DNA of 64,000 bases from Phoronis australis (taxonomy: Eukaryota; Animalia; Phoronida): the NCBI GenBank assembly GCA_002633005.1, contig NMRA01000560.1, positions 124,001 through 188,000 on the forward strand. The letters are read 5' to 3'. How positions within the stretch are numbered: position 1 is the stretch's first letter; the number at the start of each line of letters is the position of its first letter. The notes below the pieces were generated by a model. That model saw only the letters and a list, made by a program, of their open reading frames with translations. It had not been told where the DNA came from and searched no databases. Shown here piece by piece: positions 11,901 to 23,900 of the stretch. Made by a program: the position numbers and the translations under genes.

Positions 11901-14900
11901 CGCAGGTCTTGGAAACAAAAGCTTATCAAGATGGGAAATCGGATCCGCGACCTCACAATATAATAGGGATCTAACCCAAAACACCACTAGGCCAGTCAAA
12001 ACCCTGCGTGTCAATTCAAACAAATCAGCTAAGTCATCTGTTAGTTTATTATATTACTGAATGATTTATGATTACCGAACTTCTTTTAAGGAAAGACTTC
12101 AAGCGTTTCAAGTGGCAAGCATTCTCAAGTTTATATTACAGTAGACATCGTTTCCGAGATCTACAAAAAAACAATTCCTTGTTTCGCGGAAGTCTATATC
12201 TGAGTTTTGACTCAAGCCACTAACCGTTATAAAAATTGTATCCTCATATACCTTTTTGTTCAATTAGAATTGACCTCTGGGCTTAGGAATACCTGGCAGT
12301 TCGTCATTGTTTTAGACCAGGCTCGCGTTCAGTAACCCTAGGACCTCGCTAAAAGCAAGACTTGGCGAGATTAAGTGAGATATTGCCGTGTATTTTGTAT
12401 AAAAACACGTGACTTTGGCTAGATTTTAGCTAGGTCCTAGCGTAGGTCCTAGCGTTACTGAACGCACGCCAGGCTCAAGTTTTAGGTCACGGAGTGTACG
12501 CAATAAGCTCAGACTCGAGAGTTCGAGATGCTGACACGTTGGATTTGTCTTGGTGAATTATTGTAATTACTTCTACTTCCAACGTATGATAAGATTGCAA
12601 CCATGCTGTTTTGGCTTGGAACCTAAAAATTGGCTCTTTATCCTTGAGAGTGCTCGAGTTTAAATTGCGGTGTGTTGGAGGAAATTATTAGGTGAACTCT
12701 ACGGCTTCTAAAACTACTTCTGTGTCATTTTTAGGGGGGAACTTTAGTTATGTTGATGTCTTTAATATCACAAATCATTGGATTTTGCAAGAGTATAAAG
12801 TCCTCATATTTTAACTAGCACAATTCCATGAAATTTGATTTTTAAATTTGGCGAATTCTGCAAATTGCACACAACATGGAATAGGACATATCTAAAAACA
12901 ATGAAATTTGATATCCACAATCACAACAACCGTTTTTATCGTGGCATGTTTCATGAAAGCCATACCACATCTACAGATGTTTAGTCTCAAATAATCAGCT
13001 CAAGGCTTTACACAAAGAAAACCAGTACAGAGTTACAATAAAAGCAGGAACGGGACTGTATCCAGTTCGATTTTTTACAAAATTCGGAATCGGAAGCAAA
13101 AACGAATCAAAACAAAAGTGACAAGGATTAATGTTTTATCTGTGTATTTTAAATCATCGTCTACGACTAATCTGCATTGCCTCACGTACACTGTAGCTTA
13201 ACACGGCAACCATTAGAATCACTGGCAACAATGTCAAAGCAGTGCTCACAGGATGCTACTCTGCAGCCATCAGTGCCCTGAGTACAACTATATATGTGGG
13301 AATTCTTGTCAGTGACCAGGTGTTCTCGGTTCCGTGTAGTTAAATGACGAGTTGTTTCGCCAATATGAATCGTTGAATAGTGACCACATGAACTACATTA
13401 ATTTTGTGCCCCCGGTATGCAACTCTGACAGTCAGCATATCGCTTACTTTAAAAGAGCGAAAAACAAGCTGGATAATAAATGACTCACAGTTCCTCAAAG
13501 ACCAAATTCTCAGCTTTATCTGTACTACTTTAGCATAATAACCCGTATAAGGATTGCTGAAATATTCAACGTCTGTGGACTAATAAGTTGTGCTGGAAAA
13601 ATGCAGTTTATGTGTATTTCTGCAGATTGTCGAGATGCTGTTAGAGAAGACTCCTTTAGAAGCCATGCATGAAGCGCTGCTTATTGCCATAGTGATGGGG
13701 CACGAACAGATTGCTGAAGTCATCTTGAAATCTCCCGGATATTCCGAGACTAAGAAAGACTGGAAAGAGACTTGGAGCCACGACAACGACGAATCTCCGT
13801 TCTCCTCAGACATTACTCCTCTAATCTTAGCGTCGCAATATAATCGCTACGAAGTGGTACAGTTGTTACTGATGAAGGGTCACCGCATAGAGAAACCTCA
13901 CCAATACTATTGCAAATGCTTGACTTGCAAAGAGAAGTTAGAATTTGATCGCTTGAGGTTTTGGAAGAATCGACTGGAAGTGTACCGAGGACTGAGCAGC
14001 GAAGCTTACATATCACTATCTAGTCGTGACCCTATTTACACGGCATTTGAACTTGGGAAGGAGTTGCGGACCGTGGCCACGATAGAGAAACATTATAAGG
14101 TTGTTTGCAGTTTAGTTCTGTACTTTCTGTTCATAACCCTTGCCAGGTTGTTTTTGGTTTCAACAGAAATATGAAGTCTAAGAATGTTAAGGTTTTCCGT
14201 TAAATTAGTTTACAAGAAACAATTTAATTGGTCTCTTTAGATTTTGGTATCGAAACTACTAGCACCATTGTTGTACTCTATCAGAGTTTAATATTGTATT
14301 GCTGTCGATATAAATTAGCCATTTTTGTTTTTCTAACCCAAATCGCCATTTACACGAGACGTGTAGCATACAAATGTTTTGTATAATACCAATCTCCAAT
14401 GTGCCGGCGTTAACCTATTTCATTAGCATTTTTAGGCTAAACAGTCATGCTTTCTTATATACACAATTTCTAGGTGGAGTATTTAAAGTTAGCTGATCAG
14501 CTTAGCGACTATGTTGTAAAACTACTTGACAGAGTACGTGGCAATGCAGAACTAGAAACAATTCTAAACAAGTCGAAATATCGAAGGGGGAAACCCGATT
14601 CAGATGATGAAGGTTACGAAACTATGGCGAGGTTACGGATGGCCATAGAATTCGAGGAGAAAAAGGTACAGTGGTGTTTATGTGTTTCCGAAGGGCTTCT
14701 ATGGCAGATAATTTCCTATTTTTTGTTTTTGTTACCTTTTATCAATAATTTTAACGTCCAGGCTTATAAGACGTGTACACATACAAGGCATTTATAAGTA
14801 ATCAACTATCTATACCGTTGTAGTCAATGAATAACGGTCCTACCTTTTCGTTTCTATTCAGAGAGAAACAAATTGGAGACACAATAGACAAATTCTTAAA

Positions 14901-17900
14901 TACAAAAAAAATGATTATTTCGTCGCATATTATTCCTTTCTAAGTCAGTTATGAGAATGAATCAACTACCTCTTTTTACCGCTAGTTTGTCGCTCACCCG
15001 ACGTGTCAACAGAAGCTTGTAAGCACGTGGTATGGAGATCTGGGTCCGTATCTTGAACGTCCAAAGTGGTACTTCCGCCTTCCACTCTTCGCCTTCATCA
15101 TGTTGGTTTACCCTTTCCTTGCAGGGGTCTACCTAATAATGCCATATTGTAAGGTCAGTAATTATTTCAACCTTATGCTTTGCCGCCATCTACTTTGTAC
15201 CTTGTCGCTCACATAGGGTCATCGCGGCATCTTGGTTTCTCCGACCGATGTTTAGTGCTTGGATAAGGGATACTTGTAACACGGTGTAAAATAAAAATCG
15301 CGCGTCTACAAGCATTCAGAATATGCAGGCGACTGCACCTCGCGAAATCCTACTGAATTTTTGGTCCACTCGGCTTCGATATTGTTTTAAAATCGTTGAA
15401 TTTCTGTAGTCGTTAAGTCACTTGACCTTTCTTCAGCTTGAAAGCAGATATCATCTCAATCAAGATTTTGTCGTAATGTGATTTTCGCGACGTCCATTAG
15501 ACGACAGGATAGACAATCTTCCTCGCTCACAAAGAATATTTGCGTCATCGTTGAAATTGGTGTGTTGGTGGCGTTTTGTTTTGTCCGGTCCGGCTCTGTA
15601 ACATAACAGCGAAAATGGGGAACCGTGAACATGTATACAGGGTAGGTATATAGATCTTAACTGGCGCGGATATGTATATCGCAAACATTTCTAAGTCTGA
15701 TCAGCACGCCACCTGTGGCCACATTATGTGACCTATGTCCCAACCAGGACTCGAAACAGAGACTTTCCGTTCTGCCAACCGCGCAGACGCTCCAGCCCAC
15801 CGAGCCATCGGAACCACCGGTGGAACATGCATGTTACGAAAATTAATATAAAGCCTACCTATTTTCGTCCCTGTTTTTGTGGAACCCTTTATTTTGCTCT
15901 TTGGTACGTTGAGTGCCCACGGTGCGTTCTTTCAACACACGAATGATAGCAACACAAACCGAATGGATTTCACTGATCTCTCCCACGGGAAAATTTTCGT
16001 GGCCACCTTGACCTGGTCCGGTTTGTCGTATTCTCTGATGAAACTTGTTCAAGTCCTAAATTCCAGTCATTTTCGTTATACGAAGATCTCGGATATATCC
16101 ACGTTTTCGTGACATTGAACTGTTCCAGTTTGCGATTTGCAGCCTCGGCTCGTCGTCAAAATATATTTCCATGGTCGACCATAAAAATACAGAACCTAAC
16201 ATCAAAACTAAATAATATGCAAATAGATGTACGTGCAAGACAATTTCCTGAAGTTTAAATAAATTAGATAATATAAATGAACGAAGTGACCGGAAAGATC
16301 ATCATTAGAAACAAAGCTGTAGTTACTACTGCTCACAATAATTTAAAAACATCTATATAGTGATCAAGATATTGTTTGAAAATATTGATTTTAATTCTGT
16401 GAGCTCACTGAGATGGAGTTTGGGGGCTATTTAACGACTTGTACATTGTTTACTTTGGTGCAGGCTGGACGTTTAGTGAAAACACCGTGTGTGAAGTTGA
16501 TTGCTCAGACAACATACTTCATCGTGTTCCTGGTTCTCGTCCTTGTATCCAGTTTGACTGAAAAGCCCTCTAGCGGCCTAACCCTGAAAACCTTCGACGA
16601 ATTGTGCTTCAACAGCAATCCAGTGCCATCCGTTAACACCGCCCACACAGCCATTCGTGCATACGAACCCGAGATGGTGTACTTATTAGTGATTTGTTTT
16701 GTTGCAGGTAAAATAAAATTCATTAGACACTGATGACCATTATACCTGGGGTGCATTCGGTAGACCCACGCATCCTGCCAAAAAGCGAGCACACGCAAGA
16801 CCACGCAAAACCCATTTACTAGCGTACCTAGTAAATTGGAGGACATTAGAGTGATTGGTCGGTGAGGTTGGAATGTTGCATTATGCGATAGAATTGACTG
16901 TGTCGGTTTCATAAGCGAAAATATCTCGCAGGAAGTGGTTCGTCAAGTGTTTTGGTCTACGGAACGCAACCCTGAAACAGAGTTACTTGCATAGACTGAC
17001 ATGTTCTGTTAAACACTTCTCACTTCACAGTTCATAGAAGTACATGTATAGGCGCTCAAACTATTGCCTCATTATAATGCCTTGAACATGTTGACAACTC
17101 GGAGCGCATTTCGGTCAAGAAAGACCCAATCAACATAGCGCCTCGATATTTTGATGGTAATTTTTTGCCTTCTCAACTCCTTACTTCACGTTTTGATTCC
17201 AGGTTTGGTTTACCAAGAGTGCGAACAACTTTTCCACGATGGTGTTCGAATGTATTTTTCATCGTTCTACAACGTGTTTGACACGTGTATGATGGTGGGA
17301 TATATTGCGTCATTCGCTTTAAAAATCTACTCCTTCAGTCAAGTCCAGTCTGCGCTGGAAATCTTTAAAGAAAACACTGCGTGCACCCAGTACAGAGAAG
17401 GAAACAAAACAGTAGAGGACATGTTCTACTGGTTGAGCGCAGGTAGGACATCTCTGGTTCATGTTGTTACCTCAAGCACGCGTTTTATGCGAAGACATTT
17501 GCTTATTTTTTCATTCTGTGATTGGAAGGAATAATATGTCATATCGTTCCAGAAGTTCATGTGATATTTTTGAATATCATTTTCAACAACCAGCTGAGAT
17601 GATCGAACGTTTTTCCTGACTGTGAGAAATCACACTTCATGGGGGTTATTTCGCCATAGGATGAAGTCTCCAGTGCGATGTCTTGATCTGATAAAGACCC
17701 AGGTGTTCTCTTAGAGGAAATGAATGTCTCATACGGTTGATGACCTGAGTTCGTCTCTCAACCACAAGTATGCATAACTGCCCACTAGTGCCAAATGAAC
17801 GATGACAGGGCTCTGCCCCTGCTTAGAGGAAAGGTGCCAGTGCCTTCTGAGAGGGGATTGTTTTGGCTGAGGTGTTATTCATCCATCTCCGTCACCGCCA

Positions 17901-20900
17901 GCTCCACTACCCGTACGCCACTCCACATCGGCAATGTCTTAAAAAGTTCCCACAATGACTCTGTGTCTAAAAAGAAATTTATAGATAGAATAGATTGTCT
18001 TAACTTCAATTGTAGTTGGGTGATTTTGGTGATTTAAAAACTAAACACGTTCAACATTTGACGAGGAATTCGGAATTGTTATTGGTTTGTGTTCAAACAG
18101 TTTATAACTTATCTTTTATTTTTAACATCACAGCCAAGCCAGGTCAGGCTGGATATGATTTTATCTTATGAGAGCAATTAGGTAATACGAGAGAGCTGGC
18201 TCTCCAACCATAAATACCAGAACGGAGTTAATCAGTCGTGTAAGATATTGGCTACGCCCGTCAACCGCCCAACTTGTTCGTTTGCCATCGGATTGAACAG
18301 CTTAGGGGTCAAAGGGAGAATTGCGTAATGCTTTATGAGTTTGCACAAAGTTTTAATGATAGACAAAATTAACAAGGTATTCCGTCCTGTTCAGCTGGCT
18401 TACAAACCAAAACCGAATTTGACATTTTACTCTCATAAATCGGTTGACCATCGTAAACAAAATAGCTCAGTCTTTCTATATGCCTCACATGTAACACTAT
18501 TCACGAGTTGTAGCCCACTTGGGTCCAATTTACTTACATACCTTTTATTTACTGCGGCAGAATTCTGTCCAATGCTCAGCCTATTCTTACCATTTCAGAT
18601 CGCATGCACTGGGACAACCATGACCCTTACATCTTGTCAGAAATCTTGTTTGGTTTCGCCAATGTACTCAGCTTTTCTCGGACTTCCTCACTCCTCCCAG
18701 CAAACGAACACTTTGGACCTATGCAAATATCCCTTGCTCGCATGTTGAAGGTAAGAGTTGTTGAAAACAGACCCGCTTATCCTTTAAGTAATATCACGGT
18801 GACGCAAAGGTGAGAAATCGAGATCTCTGATGTTTGTTTCCCAATGGATTCAGGCACCGCAAATGTAGTGGAGGAGGGGGCGACGAAAATCATTTTCCTG
18901 TTCCTACGGACAGTTGTCATTCTTTGTTTGTCCGAACATACATCCACAACCCGTGGGTTTCGCCTCTTCGTCAATATTCCTCATCTAAGCATGAAAAGAT
19001 GAATCTTTCATTGACGTCGCTTTCTCACGCGAGGACGGACCGATATTGAACTGACTGTGACTCTTAGCTGTGGGAAAATGACTCATGGCGTCAATTCCAC
19101 GGTCTGTCACGTTAGGTTTTAGTAAACGTCAAAATTTAAAGGCGCAGCGGCCGGCCCAACGTGTAATGCGGCTGATCTGCAATGGTCACTCAGAAGGTGT
19201 TGACTTTGCACCCCAACACTGAACTAGTGGACAGTGATGATAAACAGTGGGTCATCTCGTGCAAATATTAACATCCAACAATTTAAAGCAAAAAGTCCAG
19301 GCTTTGTCATCCATTGCCATGCTCAGACTCAACCGTTGTTGAGAACGTACCTTCAGATGAGAAGGACGAACCTTCAGATGGAAAGGACGGACCTTCAGAT
19401 GGAAAGACAGACCCGAAAAACGGAAGTGCGCACGAGAAGGGCAGGTTGTGATGGGAAGGTCGGGACGTGATAGATAGTCAGATCTTTATGTTGGATAACA
19501 AAGCCTGCAGGCTGAAGTCTCTGATTTCAAATATGAAATCTTCGAATCACACAGATTGACCATGTTCAGATGGTGATTTTCTGGTTACAAGAATTGCGCC
19601 CATGTAATGTCCCAAAGAAAAGTGGTCAGACAGAATCTCCCTGACAATCCTGGGGTAGTCACGTCACACTTTTTGAGTCTATTGTAATGCGAACTTGGTT
19701 TAATTTAGTTTGGAAATTGTAACAGTTGTATGTACGTGACATGCGCATGCGTGATGAATTTCCTTTCACCCTCAGGACTTCTTCAAGTTCATGTTCATCC
19801 TCGTCGTGATCTATTTTTCCTTTCTCGTCGGAATGGTGAACATTTACTGGTACTACGTGGAAGATAACCGCAAAAAGATTGAGTTACCACAACTGCACAA
19901 CGTCACCGGCTTGGAAGCCGACAAGCATTTTGGAGAGTAAGTCTATTTGCACTTAAAGAGCTTAAAATCACTACTTGCCTTGTTTCGACATGTGACTACA
20001 TTTTCATCATCATTAAACCTTCCATTAGAGCACTGCATGTCACAATCGTAAATTCAATATCCCGGAAATGAGAAAAGCGGCATCAACTGGAAGTTTCTTA
20101 GCTCCACGAACACGAGTGTGGCGAGTGAGTGTACCCACTGCCTGTGTGTCAGGTCCACCAACACGCGAGCTTCTCCGATGTCTCGGGGGAAAGTGAAAAG
20201 AGCGAAAGCGTAGTGAAATATTAAGTTGTCAAAACTACTACAAACGCAACGTCCTGTGATTGGTTATACCGGTTTTCGGTAGTATGCATCGACTAATAAA
20301 TATAGATTATTACATGGCGAAGTCGTTATCCCCCGTTATCTAGAGCCCGATTGGATTTTGGAGAATTTTCGCCCGAGGGTGATAATTCTCCAAAATCCAC
20401 GAGGGCTCTAGATAAGGGGGATAACGGCTGAGAACATGTAATAATCCATTTATACCACATACTAAACGAGAAACATTGCAATGATCGATTTACCTTTTCT
20501 GACTCTCCACGGCATTGTAACTACATGTACTTTCTGTGTCAGAGGGCCGGGGTCGGAGGTCGTGACCTTTTAAGAAAAGCCGGGCTATTTTTGTCAAATA
20601 ATGCTTTTACTCAAAATCAATTGAAAACTTAAATATAATAGAAATAAATTGAATTTATAAATTAAGGTTTACCAACTATTATAGCTTAAAACACGTTTTT
20701 TCACGCTAAGCTTCGACCGGGAAATTATCGTCTGGTTAAGTAGGTTACCACTGGTAACTGAATATAATTCTCAAGTCAAAGATCCTGACGACATGATACC
20801 CGCATTCAAACTGTAGATCGGTGATTTACAAGTAAGAGGACATGAGAGAAAATTTTCAATGAATTAAGATATCATTTTTATGGAAATTATGTGTCTTATT

Positions 20901-23900
20901 TTTCGTAGCGTATAAGTACAGTACAATGCAGTTTGTTGAACATGCGATTATTGCGCGTGCTCATTTAAGTATTCTATTTTCACTCTTGATGACGTCAGTC
21001 GCTGCATGGTGTAGTGACAAAGTCGGCGACCAGCAATTTCAAGGTCCCGGGTTCGACTCCGTCCTCGGTTTCCCGCCAAATCGTTGTCTCACTAGTGAGA
21101 TAACTTTATGGGTTATTACACGGATGTATCTGCCATTTGACGCTAATATAGTGGTATAAATGCTCGTAACTCGAGCCCTGCTAAATAACATATCGTCAGA
21201 TAATATTTGTGGGCGTTCTAATTTGACAGCTGATTGAATGTTGTTCTTTGTGTTTTTGGCGTAAAATGATTTTAAGCACTTTAAGCCCAGAGGTCTGTTT
21301 CATGAAAGTGACTTAAGAATTTTTAAAAGACTGAAATCTTACGCTCCACATAACTATTTATGAAAAATATTTTTAACAAAAATACAACTTAAACTGGACA
21401 TAAATTTCAACTGAGCGACGTTGCGTCCTCATCGCCTGGACTTTCGCTTGCAACTGTCGTGGTGGTGTTCGGCTGATGACGTAATCGGCGGGGAATGAAA
21501 CACAGCGCGCTCACCCATGTCCTGGAGGGTTGGAATCTTAATTCTAAGGGGGACATTCAACAGAATAATTGGCTGATAAGCCACCTCTGGAACTACTTTT
21601 GGCTGAATGGATGACCAGGCCATAAAATGATAATATTAGCCAAGACCAGTTACTAATGCAACAAAGAATAATGTCGTAGTATCACCTAGCCTTGGTGGAA
21701 AGCTGTATACTGTATTGGCTCTAATAAACGCTTAGAAAAAATCATTTCACGGGGAGGGGATTCTTATTGTAGCCTACGGCAGTTGAAAGCCGGTTTCCCA
21801 AACGGGTAAAATCGGAAGCTAGGATTCATAAAATTTACGCTTTGTGANNNNNNNNNNNNNNNNNNNNNNNNNNNNNNNNNNNNNNNNNNNNNNNNNNNNN
21901 NNNNNNNNNNNNNNNNNNNNNNNNNNNNNNNNNNNNNNNNNNNNNNNNNNNNNNNNNNNNNNNNNNNNNNNNNNNNNNNNNNNNNNNNNNNNNNNNNNNN
22001 NNNNNNNNNNNNNNNNNNNNNNNNNNNNNNNNNNNNNNNNNNNNNNNNNNNNNNNNNNNNNNNNNNNNNNNNNNNNNNNNNNNNNNNNNNNNNNNNNNNN
22101 NNNNNNNNNNNNNNNNNNNNNNNNNNNNNNNNNNNNNNNNNNNNNNNNNNNNNNNNNNNNNNNNNNNNNNNNNNNNNNNNNNNNNNNNNNNNNNNNNNNN
22201 NNNNNNNNNNNNNNNNNNNNNNNNNNNNNNNNNNNNNNNNNNNNNNNNNNNNNNNNNNNNNNNNNNNNNNNNNNNNNNNNNNNNNNNNNNNNNNNNNNNN
22301 NNNNNNNNNNNNNNNNNNNNNNNNNNNNNNNNNNNNNNNNNNNNNNNNNNNNNNNNNNNNNNNNNNNNNNNNNNNNNNNNNNNNNNNNNNNNNNNAAAAC
22401 TACGTAAAACTCTCACCATAAAAAGTACAGTCTGCTAGCTAGATTGTAATCAGCTGATCATATCCGCATGAGCGAAGCCAATTATCCTCGCTCGTGACTC
22501 GATGACTAGAGCAGCCTGGCGGCATCCCTTTGATCGTGAGCCGAGTGCGACTCAGCCAAGGTGGATAAATACGGTCTAGTTCAATTTTCCATACCCCGCC
22601 GTTTACCTTAACCACTGGGGTTAGAACCAATTTTATTTAGTGGGAATGTCCATAGCATGTAGGACTCAGTACACACCTTGTCCTCACACATAATGCCATA
22701 GACCACATTGGAGACTTTTCCCTAGGAACCTTGTCTTTCATCCTGACCGGACTTCTTGGATTGAAGCTTTCAAATCCATCAACTCACTCAGCAGCCAACT
22801 GGTCCGAGTGAAAGACAATGTTCCCAGGGAAAAGTCTCCAACGTGGTTTATGTCATTATTTGTGAGGACAAGGCGTGTACTGAGTCGTGGGTGAAACCAA
22901 GGAGTCTCACAGAAGCAGAATGAACTAGTTCCGCCGACCCAGTAACGGGGATACGTATGATTCCGTCACTTTCACTCACGTCAACACTGCAGGGCATTCA
23001 TTTGGCACCAGTGATGTACGCATTTTGGACAGTGAGGAAAATTGGTTCAACCGTTACGTTAATTAAGGAATCTATCTACGAGCGTGTTGAATGCCCTTCT
23101 TTGAATCGCCCAAGCGGATTAAGATTCCAACTCTCCAGGACATGGAACCCCGCGATGTCTTTCATTTCCCGCCGACTACATCATTAGCCGAACACCACCA
23201 CGGCAGTTACTTGTGAAAGTCTTCGCGATGAGGAAGCAATGTCGCTCAGATGAAGTGTAAGTCCAGTATTAGTTTTAATTTTTTTGGTGATATTTATCGA
23301 CTGGATGTCTACTACTCACCAACTACTTTAAACTCACTTTAGCAATAATAAAGTACCTGGAATAGACCCGTAATTGTTATTTTTGAGGAAAAAATACACA
23401 TTATGTTAAAGTATGGTGTTCTAATAGTTACTTGACTAAACCTTTATGTGGCAATTGTGACGTCGGAGCATAAGACTAAATTTCTACCTTAAGTCTTTTA
23501 AGACTTAAGGTAGAAAATGACTTAAAAGTCATTTTCAATGAGACAGACCTCTCATTTGATGAATCATGCTTTCTCTGGTTGAATTTTGTTGTAAATGCTT
23601 TTTCGAAAACGGACTTAAGCACATAGATAAACGATTTATTATTGAAACAGCTTTAAATTTATAATGCTTTTAAAACATTTCATTCAACACACGTTTTGTT
23701 TGTCCTTTGAGGATGACTGACATGTTATCGAAAGTCTTCCCTTTCAGCGTAATCAACACATTCCGCACTATGTACTGGGCCTTATTCGGTATGGGCGAGC
23801 CCAACGTGGTCGAATTAGGCTCCTTCAACAAACAGTTCACACAGGACGCCGGCTATATTCTCTATGGTATCTACAACGTAGTCATGGTGATATTGCTGCT

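Larger units (their letters stand above)
21289..23552. mobile_element. Large fold-back element (Harbinger-like termini) spanning a gap, with nested repeats
   Basis: agaggtctgtttcatgaaa ... ttttcaatgagacagacctct; ~21385-21560 is the inverted copy of ~23085-23275. Confidence 0.65.

Noticed and set aside
19343-19412. Three 21-bp accttcagatg repeats
   Set aside because: Short intronic minisatellite with no further structure.
21001-21070. Functional tRNA gene
   Set aside because: A/B boxes are present but the acceptor and anticodon stems do not pair properly; kept only as a tRNA-derived repeat.
21835-22419. Long ORFs of X residues
   Set aside because: Assembly gap artefact.
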